Below are positions 51,681 through 64,000 of a DNA stretch of 64,000 bases, piece by piece; within the stretch, counting starts at the first letter, position 1; each line of letters opens with the position of its first letter. Below the pieces are notes generated by a model, which was not told where the DNA came from, made no database searches, and worked only from the letters and a program-made list of their open reading frames with translations. The stretch is taken from positions 10,336,001 through 10,400,000 of the forward strand of contig CP068257.2 in NCBI GenBank assembly GCA_009914755.4. Reading direction: 5' to 3'. The translations under genes were made by a program, and so were the position numbers. Source of the stretch: the human T2T-CHM13v2.0 reference genome, Homo sapiens.

Positions 51681-54600
51681 CAGAATGGAATGGAATAGAA
51701 AGAATTGGAGTGGACTAGAATGGATGGACCCAAAGGGAATGGAATCGAATGCAATATAATTGAATGGATTAGAATCAACCAGAATCGAATGGAATCAAAT
51801 GGAATGTGGCAAACTGGATTGGAGCAAAGTGGAATGGAGTGGAATGGAATGGAGTGGAATGGAATAGAGTAGAGTGTATTGGAGTGGCGGCGAATGGAAT
51901 GGAATGGTAAGGAATGGAATTGAAAGGAGTGCAGTGGAGCGGAGTGGAGTGGAATGTAATGGAATGGATGGAATGGAGTGGAGTGGAGAGGAGAGGTGTG
52001 GAGGGGAGTGGAATGGAATAGAATGGAATTGAATAAAATGGACTCATATGAAATGAACTGGTATAGAATGGACTGGAATGGAAAGGACTTAAATGGAATG
52101 CACTCAAATAGAATGGACGCTAATGGAATGGAATCAAATATAATGGAATGGAATGGAATCGAATGGAATGGAATGGCTTCGAATGGAATGAGATCAAATG
52201 GAATAGTAGCGAATGGAATCGCATGGAATGGAATTGAATGGAATGGAATGAAATGGCATCGAATGGAATCGAATGGAATGCAGTGAATTGGAGAGGAGTG
52301 AAGTGGAATGGAGTGGAATAGAATAGGGTGGAATGGAATTGAATGTAATGGAGAGGAGTGGAGTGGAATGGAGTGGAATGAAATGGAATGGGAAGGAATG
52401 GTATTGAACGGAGGGGACTGGAGTAGAGTGGAGTGGAATGGAATGCAATGGAATGGAATGGAATGGAATGGAATGCAATTGAGTAAAATGGAATGGAAAA
52501 GATAGGAACGGAATGGTCTGGAGTGGGTTAGGATGGTGTGGAGTGAAGTGGAATGGAATGGAGTGGAATGGAATGGAATGGAGTGGAGTAGAGTGGAAAG
52601 GAGTGGAGTGGAGTGGAATGGAATAGAATGCAATGGAATGGAAAGGTATGGACTCTAATGGAATGAAGTGGGATGGAGTGGACTCGAATAGAATGGACTG
52701 GAATGGAACAGACATGAATGGAATGGACTCGAATGGAATGGAATCAAACATAATGTAATGGAATGGAATCGAATCAAATAGAATGGAATGGAATCATATG
52801 GAAGTGAATAAAATTTAATGTGATGTAATGAAAAGGAATAGAATGGAAAGGAATCAAATCGAAAGTGATTGAATGGAATAGAATCGAATGGAATGGAATC
52901 GAATTGAATGGAATCGAATGTCATCAAATGAAATCAAAAGGAATATGGTAAAGTGGAGAGGAGGGGAGTGGAATGGAGTTGAAGGGAATTTGGTGGAATG
53001 GAATTGAATGTGGTGGTGTGGAGTGGAGTGGAATGGAGTGGAATGTAATGGAATGGGAAGGATAGGAACTGAATGGAGTGGAGTGGAGTGGAGTGGAGTG
53101 GAATGGATTGCAATGGAATGGAATGGATAGTAAAGGAATGGACACGAATGGAATGGAAGGGACTTGAATGGAATGGACTGGAATAGAATGGACTGGAATG
53201 GAATGGACACGAATGGAATGGACTGGAATGGAATGGACTGGACTGGAATGGAATGGACACGAATGGAATGGACTGGAATGGAATGGACTCGAACGGAATG
53301 GAATCGAACAGAGTGGAATAGAATGCAATGAAATAGAATGCAATGGAATCGGATGAAATGGAATCAATCGGAATGGAATCGAATGACATCAAATGGAATT
53401 GAATGGAATGTGGTATAGTGGAGTGCAGTGGAGTGGAATGGAGTTGAATGGAATGCGGGTAATGTAATTGAATGTAGTGGAGTAGAGTGGAATAGAGTGG
53501 AATGGAAAGGAATGGGAAGTAACGAAATTGAATCGAGTGGAGTGGACTGGACTGGAGTTAAATGCAATGGAGTGGAATGGAATGGAGGAGAGTGGAGTGG
53601 AATGGAGTGGAATGGAGTGGAGTGGAGTGGAGTGCAACGGAAAGGCATGGAATGGAATGGAATGGAATGGAATGTACTCAAATGGAATGGAATAAAGTGG
53701 AATGGAATAGAATGTAATGGAATCGAATTGAATGTAATGGAATGGAATAGAATGGAATGGAATAGAATGGAATGGAATGAAATCAAATGGAATTTGGTGA
53801 ATTGGAGTGGAGTGGATTGGAAAGGAGAGGAATGGAATGTGTGGAATGGAATTGAATAGAGTGGAGTGGAGTGGAGTGGAATGGAGTTGAATGGTATGGA
53901 ATGAGAAGGAATGGAATTGAACGTAGTGGATTGGAGTGGAAAGCAATAGAATGGAATTGAATGGAGTGGAGTGGAGTGCCGAGGAGTAGAGTGGAATGCA
54001 ATGGAATGGAATGGAATTGAGTGGAAAGGAAAGGAATGGAATGGAATTTAGTGGAGTGGAATGGAATGGAATGGAATGGAAAGGAATGGAATGGAATGGA
54101 ATCGAATAGAATGTAATAGAATGGAATTGAATCAAATCAAATGGAATCGAATGGAATTCGGTGAAGTGAAGTGCAGTGGAGTGGAAAGGATGGGAATGCA
54201 GTGGGGTGGAATGGATTTGAATGGATTGTAGTGGACTGGTGTAGAATGGAAGGGAATTGAATGGAATGGGAGGGAATGGAATTGAACGGTGTGGAGTGGA
54301 TTGGAGTGGAGTGGAAAGTAGCAGAATGCAGTAGAGTGGTGTGTAATGTAAATGAATGCAATGGAGTGGAGTGGAGTGGAATGTCGTGGAATGGAGTGGA
54401 GTAGAAAGGAATGGAATGGAATGGAATGGAATGGAATGGAATGGAATGGAACGGAATGGAATTCAATGGAATGGGACAGAATGGAATTGAACAAAGTGGA
54501 GTGTAGTGGAGTGGAGCAGAGTGGAATGCAAAGTAATAGAATGTAATGGAATGGAATGGAATGGAATGGAATGCAATAAATTGGAATGGACTTGAATGGA

Positions 54601-57600
54601 ATGGAAACGAATGGAATGGAATCAAATGGAATGGAACCGAATGGGATGGAATCAAATGGAATGGAATTGAATGGAATGGCATCGAATGGAATGGAATCGA
54701 ATGGAAAGGAATTGAATGGAATGGTATTGAATGGAATGGAAAGAAATGGAATGGAATGGAAACAAACGGTATGGTATCGAATGTAATGGAATCGAATGGC
54801 ACCAAATGGAATTGAAAGGAATGCGGTGAAGTGGAGTAAAGTGGGTTGAAATGGAGTGGAATGGAATGTGGAGGAATGGAATTGAATGGAGTGGAGTCGA
54901 GTTGAGGGGAATGAAGTGGAATGGAAAGGAATAGGAATGATTGGAATTGAAAGGAGTGGAGTGGAGTGGAATGCAATGGAATGGAATTGAGTGAAGTGGA
55001 GTCTAGTGAAGTGGAGTGTATTGGGATGGACAGGAGTGGAGTGGAGTGGAGTGCAATGGAATGGAATGAAATGGAATGGACTTGAATGGAATGGACTGGA
55101 GGGGAATGGACTGGAATGGAATAGAATCGAATGGAATGGACTCAAATGGATTGGAATCGAATGGAATGGAACGGAGTAGAATGGAATGGAACGGAATAGA
55201 GTGGAATAGAACAGAATGGATTCGAATGGAATGGACACGAATGGAATGGAATGGAATGGAATGGAATGGAATGGAATGGAATGGAATGGAATGCAATGGA
55301 ATGCAATGGAAAGGAATCGAATGGAATGGAATTGATTGGAATGTAATTGAATGGAATCAAATCCAATGGCATTGAATGGAATAGAATGGAATGCAGTGAA
55401 GTCAACTGGAGTGGAGTGGAATACAGTGGAATGGAATTGAATGGATTGGAGTGGAGTGGATTGGCATGGAGTGGAATGGAATGGAATGGGAAGAAATGGA
55501 ATTGAATGGAGTGGAGAGGATTGGAGAGGAGTGGAATGCAATGCAATGGAAAGGAATGGAATGAAGTGGAGTGCAGTGGACTACACTGGAGTGGAGTTGA
55601 ATTGAATGAAGTGGAGTGGAGTGGAATGGAATGGTGTGAAGTGGAATGGAATGGAATGGAATGGAATGAACTGGAATGGAATGGACTGGAATTGAATGGA
55701 CTCGAATGGAATGGACTGGAATGGAATGGACTCAACTGGAATGGTCTGGAATGTAATGGACTCAAATGGAGTGGAATCGGATGGAATGGAATCAAATGAA
55801 AAGGAATCGAATGGAATGGCATCGAATGCAATGGAATCAAATGGCAAAGAATGGCATCAAATGGGAACGAATAGAATGCGGTGAGGCAGAGTGGAGTGGA
55901 ATTGAGTGGAGTGGAATTGAGTGGAATGGAATGGGTTCGAACGGAACTGAATGGAGTAGCTTGGAATGTAGTGGAATAGAGTGGAATGGAATAGAATGGG
56001 AAGGAATGGTATTGAAAGGAGTGGAGTGGAGTGGAATGGAGTAGAAAGGAATGCAATGGAATGGAATGGAGTGGAGTGGAGTGGAGTGGAATGGAGATGA
56101 GTGGAGTGGAATGGAAGGGAATGGAATGGAAGGGAATGGAATGGTAAGGAATGGAGTGTAGCGGAGTGAAATGGAATGCAATGTAATAGAATGGAATACA
56201 ATGGAATGGAATGGAATGGAATGAACTTGAAAGAAACGGAGTGGGATGGAATGGAATGGAATGGAATGGGCTTGAATGAAATGGGCTCGAATGGAAGGGA
56301 TTCGAATGGAATGGAACCAAAAGGAATGAAATCAAATGGAATGGAATTGAATGCAATGTAATCAAATGGCATTGAAAGGAATTGAATGGACTTAGTGAAT
56401 GGGAGTTAAAGGGAGTGGAATGGAAAGACGTGGAAAGGGATGTAATGGAGTGAAGTGGAGTGGAGTGCATTGGAGTGGAACAGAATGGAATGGACAGGAG
56501 TAGATTTGAGTGGAGTGGAGAGGAATGCAGTGGAATGGAACAGAAAGGAATGGAATGGAGTGGAGTGAAGTGGAACAAAATGGAATGGAATGGAATGGAA
56601 AGCAGGGACATGTAATGGATTGGATTGGAATGGCCTGGAATGGAATGGAGTCAAGTGGAATGGACTTGAATGGCACGTACTCGAATTCAGTGGACTCCAA
56701 AGGAATGGACTCAAATGGAATGGACTGGAAGGGAATATATATGAATTGAATGGACTCGAATGGAATAGAGTGGAATGGAATGAAATCAAATGGAGTGGAA
56801 TCAGAAGGAATGGAATCGGATGGAAAGGAATGTAATGGAATGAAATGGAATTTGGAATGGAATGGAATGGAATGGAATGGAATGGAATGGAATGGAATGG
56901 AATCGAATGGAATGGAATCAAATGCAATGGAATAGAATGGCAACAAATGGCATTGAATGGGATCGAACAGAGTGCGGTGAGCTGGAGTGGAGTGGAATGG
57001 AATTGAGTGGAATGGAATGGGTTGGAACAAAACTGAATGGAGTAGCTTGGATTCTAGTGGAATGGAGTGGAATGGAATGGAATGGGGAAGAAGGGAATTG
57101 AACGGAGTGGAGTGGAGTGGAATGGAGTGGAATGGAATGCAATGGAATGGAATGGAGTGGAATGGAGTGGAGTGGAGCAGAGCAGAGAGGAGTGGAGTGG
57201 AGTGAAGTGGAGTGGAGTTGAGTGGAGTGGAATGGAACGGAATGGAATGGAAGCGAATGGAATGGTATGGAAAGGAGTGTAGTGGAGTGGAACGGAATGG
57301 AGTCATGTGGAGTGGAATGGAATGCAATGGAATAGAAAGGAATAAAATGGAATGGACTCGAATAGAATGGACTTGGTTGAAACGGAGTGGGATGGAATGG
57401 ACTGGAATGGAATGGGCTTGAATGGAAAGGGATCGAATGGAATGGATTCAAATGAAATAGAATCGAACGGAATGAAATCGAATGGAATGGAATTGAATGC
57501 AATATAATCGATTGACATCTAATGGAATCAAATGGACTTAGTCGAGTTAATTGGAGTGGAAAAGAGTGCAATGGAATGGGGTGGAAAGGAATTTAATGGA

Positions 57601-60600
57601 GTGAATTGGAGTGGAGTGGAATGGAGTGGAATGGAATGGAAGGGGAAGAATGGAATTGATTGGAGTAGAGTTGAGTAGAGTGGATTGGAGACGAATGCAG
57701 TAGAATGGAATGGAAAGGAATGGAGTGGAGTGGAGTAGAGTGGAAAGGATTGGAATGAAATGGAATGGAAAGCTGTAGCATTGAAAGGATTGGAATGGAA
57801 TGTACTGGAATGGAATGGAATCAAGTGGAATGGGCTCGAATGGCACGTACTCAAATTGAGAGGACTCGAAAGGAATGGACTCAAATGGAATGGAATCGAA
57901 TGTAATAGTCACGAATTGCATGGAAATGTATGGATAGGAATCGAATTGAAAGGCATCAAATGGAATGAAATCGAATGGAATGGAATCTAACGGATTGGAA
58001 TCAAATGGAATGGAATCTAATGGAATGGAATGTAACGGAATGGAATCGAGTGGAATATAATCGAATGGAATATAATAAAATGGCACCGAATGGAATCAAA
58101 CGGAATGCGGTGAAGTGGAGTGGAATGGAGTGGAATAGAGTGGAATGGAATGGTGTTCAATGGAATTGAATGGAGAGGAGTGGAGTAGAAGGCAGTGGAT
58201 TGGAATTAAATGGGAAGGAATGGAATTGAACAGAATGGAGTGGAGTGGAACGCAATGGAATGGAATGGAGTGTAGTGGACTGGAGTTGAGTGGAGTGGAG
58301 TAGAGTTGAATGGAAAGAAGTGGAATGGAATGGAATGAAGTGGAATGGAGTGGAGTGGATAAATTGCAATGGAATGCAATGCAGTGGAAAGGAATGGAGG
58401 GGATTGGAGTTGACTGGAGGGGAGTGGAATGGAATGGAGTCGAGTGGAATGGAATGGAGTGGATTGGAATGGAATGGAGGGGAATGGAATGGAATGGAAT
58501 GGAATGGAGTGGAGTGGAATAGAATGGAATGGAATGGAGTGGATTGGAATAGAATAGAATGGAATGGAGTGGAATGGAATGGGTTGGAAAGGAATGGAAT
58601 GGAACGGAATGGACAGGAGTGTAGAAAAGTGGAGTGGAGTGGAATTGAATGGAGTGGAGTGGAGTGGAATGGAATGGAATACTATGGAACGGACCGGAAG
58701 GGAATGGACCCGAATGGAATGGACTTGAATGGAATGGATTCGAATGCAATGGACTCGAATAGAAAGGAATTGAATTAAATGGAATCGAAAGGAATGGAAT
58801 CAAATGGTATCTAATATATAGGAATGGAATGTGGTGAAGTGGAGTGGAGTAGACTCGAATGGAGAGGAATGGAATGGTGTGGAATTGTATTGAATAAAGT
58901 GGAGTGCAGTGGAGTGGAATGGGGTGGAATGGAGTGGAATGGGAAGGAATGGAATCAGAAGGAAGGGAATGGAATGGAGTGGAGTGGATTGGAATGCAAT
59001 GGAATGGAATGGATTGGAGTGGAGTGGAGTGGAATGGAATGGAGTGGCATGGAATAGAATGGAATGGAATGGAAAGCACTGGAGTGGAGTGGAGTGGAAT
59101 GGAGTGGAATGGAAAGGAATGGGAAGGAATGGAATTGAATGGAGTGGAGTGGAGTGGAGTGCAATGGAATGGAATGGAATGAATTGCAGGGGATTGGAGT
59201 GGAGTGCAATGGAATGGAGTGGAGTGGAGTAGGTTGGAGTGGAGTGGAGTTTAATGGAATGGAATGGAGTGGAATGGAATGGAATGGTTTCGAATGGAAC
59301 TAAATTGAATGGTTTGGAAAAGAATGGGAAGGAATCAAATGGAATGGAATCGCATAGAATGGAATCAAATGTAACGCAATTGAATGGAACGGAATGAAAT
59401 GGAATTGAATTGAATGAAATGGAATCAAATCGAATGGAATGAAATGGCATCGAATTGAATCGAATGGAATGTGGTGAAGTGGAGTGGAGTGGAACGGAGT
59501 GGAATGGAATGGGGTGGAATGGAATTGAATGGAGTGGAGTGGAGTGGAAAGCAATGGAATGGAATGGAATGGAATGGTGTGGATTGAATTGGAGTGTAGT
59601 GGAGTGTATTGGAGTGGAATGGAGAGGAATGGAGGGGAAGGGAGTGGAATGGAATGCAGTCGAGTGGGATGGAATGGAATGGAGTGGAATGGAATGGATT
59701 GGAGAGGAAAGGAATGGCATAGAATGGAATGAGGTGGAAACGAATGGAATTTAAGGGAGTGTAGTGGAGTGGAGTTGAGAGGAATGCTATGGAATGGAAT
59801 GGAATGGAGTGGAGTGGAGAGGATTGGAGTGGACTGGAGTGGAATGGAGTGGAGTGGAGTGGAGAGGAGTGGAGTGGAATGACATGAAATAGAATGGAGG
59901 GCAGTGGAAAGGATTTGAAAGGAGTGGAGGGGAATGGAATTTAATTGAACGTGTTGAAGTGGAGTGGAGTGGAGTGGAATGCAATGGAATGGAATTGAAT
60001 GAGGTCGAGTGGAGTGGAGTAGAGTGGAATGGAATGGAAAGGAATGGATATGAATGGAATCGAATGGGATCTATTGGAATCGAATGGAATGCGGCAAAGT
60101 GGAGTGGAGTGGAATGGAGTGGAATGTAATTTGGTGGAATGAAATTGAATGGAGTGGAGTGGAGTGGATTGGAATGCAGTGGAATGGAATGGAATGGAAT
60201 AGAAAGGAATGGAGTGCAATTGAATCGAATGCAATGGAATGGAATGCAATGCAGTGCAGTGGAGTGCAGTTTAGTGGAGTGGAGTAGAATGGAGTGGAAT
60301 GGAATGGAATGAAATGGAGTGGAATGGAATGGAATGGAGTCAAATCGAATTGAATCGAATGGAATGGAATCAAACGGTATGGAATGGAACGGAATGGAGT
60401 CGAAAGGCATCAAATGGAATCGAATGGAATGCGATGAAGTGGATTGGAGTGGAGTGAAAGGCAGTGGAATGGAACTGAGTGGAGTGGAGTGGAATGGATT
60501 GAAATGGAATGGAATGGGAAGGAATGGAATTGAACGGACTGGAGTGGAAAGGAGAGGAATGCGATGAAATGGAATGGAATGGAATGTAGTAGAGGGGAGT

Positions 60601-63600
60601 GTAGGGGAGTGGAATGTAATGTAATTGAATGGAATGGATTCGAATGGAATGGACTGGAATTTAATGGACTGGAATGGAATGGACTCTAATGGAATGGAAT
60701 CAAATGGAAAGGAAACGAACGGAATGGAATCGAATTGAATGGATTCGAATGGAATGGACTGGAATGGAATGGACTCGAATGGATGGCACACGAATAGAAT
60801 GGAATTGAATGGAATGGAATGGCATGGATTCAAATGGAAGGGACTGGAATTTAATGGATTGGAATAGAATGGACTGGAATATAACGGAATAGAATGGAAT
60901 GGTTTCAAACGGAATAGAATCAAATGGAATAGATTCAAATGCAATGGAGTCGAACGGAACGGAATCGAATGGAATGGATTTGAATGGAATGTACTGGATT
61001 GGAATGGACGCAAAAGTAATGCACTCGAATGGATCGGACTGGAATGGAATGGACTCAGATGGAATGCAATAGAAACGAATGGAATTGAATGGCATTGAAT
61101 GGAATCGAATGGAATGTGATGAAGTGGAGTGGAGTGGAGTGGAGGGAAATGCAGTGGAATGGAATGTGGTGGAATGGAATTGAATGGAGTGGAGTGGAGT
61201 GGAGTGGAATGCAATGGAATGTACTGGAATGGCGTCGATTGGACTGCAGTGTAGTGGATTGTAGTGGAGGGGAATGGAGTGGAAAGGAGTGGAGTGAAGT
61301 GGAGTGGAATGGAATGCAGTCGAGTGGAATGGAATGGAATGGAATGGAGTGGAAAGGAATGGAATGGAATTGAATGGAATGGAAAGGAAAGGAAGGGAAT
61401 GGAGTGGAGTGTAGTGGACTGGAGTGGAGTGGAGTTGAATGGAGTTGAGTGTAGTGGAGTGGAATGGAGTGGTTTGGAGTGGAATGGAATGGAATGGCAT
61501 GGACTCAAATGGAAAAGACTCAAATGGAATGGACTGGAATATAGTGTACATTAATTGAATGGACTCGAATGGAATGGACTCGAATGGAATGTATTGGAAT
61601 GGAATGGACTCAAATGGAGTGGAATCGGATGGAATAGAATCGAATGGAAAGGAATCGAATGGAATGGAATCGAATGGAATGGAATCAAATGTAATAGAAT
61701 CGAATGGCCACGAATGGCATCGAATGGGACCAAATAGAATGTGGTGAGGTGGAGTGGAGTGGAGTGGAATTGAGTGGAATGGAATCATGTGGAACGCAAC
61801 TGAATGTAGTAGCTTGGATTCTTGTGGAGTGGAGTAGAATGTAATGGAATGGGAAGGCGTGGAAGTGAACGGAATGGAGTGGAGTGGAATGGAGTGGAAT
61901 GGACTGCAATGGAATGGAATGGAATGGAATGAAGTGGAGTGGAATGGAATGGAACCGAAAGGAATGGAAGGGAATGGAATGCTATGGAATGGAGTGTAGT
62001 GGAGTGGAATGGAGTGTAATGGAATGGAGTGGAATGGAATGGAATGAAGAGGAGTGGACTGGATTGGAATGCACTAGAATGGAATAAAATGGAATGGACT
62101 CGAATAGAATGGGCTTGGATGAAACGAAGTGTGATGTAATGGACTGGAATGGAATGGGCTGGAAAGGAATGGACTCGAATGGAATGGAATCGAACGGAAT
62201 GAAAAAGAGTGGAATGGAATCTAACGCAATGTAATCAAAAGGCATCGAATGGAATCAAATGGACTTAGTGAACTGGAGTTAATTGGAGTGGAAGGGAGTG
62301 GAATGGAATGGGGTGGAAAGGAATTTAATGGAGTGAAGTGAAGTGGAGTGGAATGGAGTGGAACGGAATGGAATTGATTGGAGTAGAGATGAGTGGAGTG
62401 GGGTGGAGACGAATGCACTGGAATGGAATGGAAAGGAATGGAGTGGAGTGGAGTGGGGTGGAACCGAGTGGAATGGAATGGAATGGAAAAGAATGGCATG
62501 GAATGGATTGAAATGGAATAGACTGGAATGGAATGGAGTCTAATCGAATGGACTCGAATGGCACGTAATCCAATTGAGTGGACTCGAAAGGAATGGACTC
62601 AAATGGAATGGACTCGAATGTAATGGTCTCGAATTGAATGGAAACCTAGAGATTGGAATCGAATGGAAAAGCATCCAATGGAATGGAATCGAATGGAATG
62701 GAATCTAACGGACTGGAATCAAATGCAATGGAATTGAATGTAATGGAATCTAAAGGAATGGAATCGAGTGGAATGGAATCGAATGGAAAGTAATCAAATG
62801 GCATGGAATGAAATCGAATGGAATATGGTCAAATGAAGTGGAGTAGAGTGGAATGGAATGGTGTTCAATGGAACTGAAGGGAGTGGAGTGGAGTTGAATG
62901 TAGTGGAAAGGAATGTAATGGGAAGGAAAGGAAGTGAACAGAGTGGAGTGGAGTGGAATGCAATGGAATGGAATGGATTGGAGTGGACTTGAGTTGAGTG
63001 GAGTGGAGTGGATCAGATTGGAATGGAATGGAGTGGAATGGAGTAGAGCGGAATAAAATGCAATGGAATGCAATGCAAAGTAATGGAATGGAGTGGAATG
63101 GAGTGGACTGGAGTGGAGTGGAGTGGAATGGAATGGAGTCGAGTGGAATGGAAGGGAATGCAGTGGATTGGAATGGAAGGGAATGGAATGGAATAGAATG
63201 GAATATAATGGAATGGAATGGAATTTAATGGAGTGGAGTGGAATAGAATGGAATGGAGTGGATTGGAATGGAATGGGTTGGAAAGGAATGGAATGGAATG
63301 GAGTGCAGAAAAGTGGAGTGCAGAGGAGTGCAGGGAGTGTTATGGAGTGGAATTGAATGGAATGGAATGGAATGGAATGGAATGGAATGGAATGGAATGG
63401 ACACGAATACAATGGACTTGAACGGAATGGACTCGAATGCAATGGACCCGAATAGAAAGGAATTGAATGGAATGGAATCAAAAGGAATGTAATCGAATGG
63501 CATTTAATATAATCGAATGGAATGTGGTGAAGTGGAGTGGAGTGGACTGGGATGGAGTGGAATGGAATGGGGTGGAATTGTATTGAATGGAGTGGAGTGC

Positions 63601-64000
63601 AGTGGAAAGGAATGGAGTGGAATGGAACGGAACGGGAGGGAATGGAATCGGAAGGAAGAGAATGGAATGGAGTGGAATGGAGTGGAGTGGAATGCAACGG
63701 AATGGAATGGAATGGATTGGAGTGGAGTTGTGTGGAGTGGAATGGAATGGAGCGGAATGGAATACAATGGAATGGAAATAAAAGCAGTGGAGTGGAGTGG
63801 AGCGGAATGGAGTGGAATGGAATGGAATTGAATGGGAAGGAATGGAATTGAATGGAGTGGAGGGCAATGGAATGGAATGGAATGAAGTGGAGGGGCTTGG
63901 AGTGGAGTGCAATGGAATGGAGAGGAGTGGAGTAGATTGCATTTTAGTGGAGCGGAGTTTAATGGAATGGAATGGAGTGGAATGGAATGGAATGGTTTTG
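51681..64000. repeat. Pentameric classical satellite of the HSat2/3 family, most consistent with HSat3 ((GGAAT)n on the + strand / (ATTCC)n on the - strand), with diverged GGAGT, GGACT and CGAATGGAATC sub-blocks
   Basis: Runs of ggaatggaatggaatgg are continuous, interspersed with ggagtggagtggagtgg, ggactggaatggaatggacacgaatgg and gaatcgaatggaatcaaatggaat variants. Every six-frame ORF here is an (IPFHS)n or (MEWNG)n-type repeat translation. HSat3 is favoured over HSat2 because of the dominant pure GGAAT pentamer. Confidence 0.85.

Noticed and set aside
51677-63942. Very long ORFs in the satellite, e.g. 578 aa at 59787-61523(-), 489 aa at 55142-56611(-) and 469 aa at 54132-55541(-), which might look like a novel repetitive protein family
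   Set aside because: They translate (ATTCC)n into ...IPFHSIPFHS... on the minus strand and (GGAAT)n into ...MEWNGMEWNG... on the plus strand. The pentamer contains no stop codon in several frames, so any frame stays open. There is no start or stop context, no non-repetitive domain, and overlapping ORFs occur in multiple frames and on both strands. I treat them as satellite artefacts and not as genes.

Overview
This window is primate (almost certainly human or great-ape) pericentromeric heterochromatin, not a gene-bearing or prokaryotic region. It holds three kinds of sequence. (1) About 40 kb of alpha satellite built from 171-bp monomers, in five blocks with mixed orientation. Positions 1-15655 are on the minus strand relative to the conventional consensus. 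A 13.2-kb block at 21438-34597 is inverted to the plus strand. Positions 34598-44742 and 50775-51680 are minus again. Much of it is a roughly 340-bp two-monomer higher-order repeat; the rest is more divergent monomers, including a short stretch with a four-monomer period. (2) Two independent L1 (LINE-1, L1PA-type) retrotransposons, both on the minus strand inside the alpha satellite. One is a 5'-truncated, heavily decayed copy at 15656-21437. The other is a full-length but ORF-disrupted copy at 44743-50774 with a clean 12-bp target-site duplication. (3) From 51681 to the end of the window, about 12.3 kb of pentameric (GGAAT)n classical satellite (HSat3-like, HSat2/3 family). It abuts the alpha satellite directly with no transition sequence. 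I find no credible cellular protein-coding gene, tRNA, rRNA or CRISPR array. Every long ORF in the six-frame track is a frame-preserving translation of a tandem repeat (171 = 3x57 for alpha satellite; GGAAT/ATTCC pentamers have no stop codons) or an L1 ORF1/ORF2 remnant. I do not see a previously undescribed biological system and prefer to say so plainly. The observations worth following up are structural: the inverted alpha block whose two breakpoints sit at the same monomer position, one of them at the truncated 5' end of an L1; both L1s inserted at the same position within the monomer; a probable ~4.7-kb higher-order periodicity inside the HSat3 array; and an abrupt alpha/HSat3 junction.
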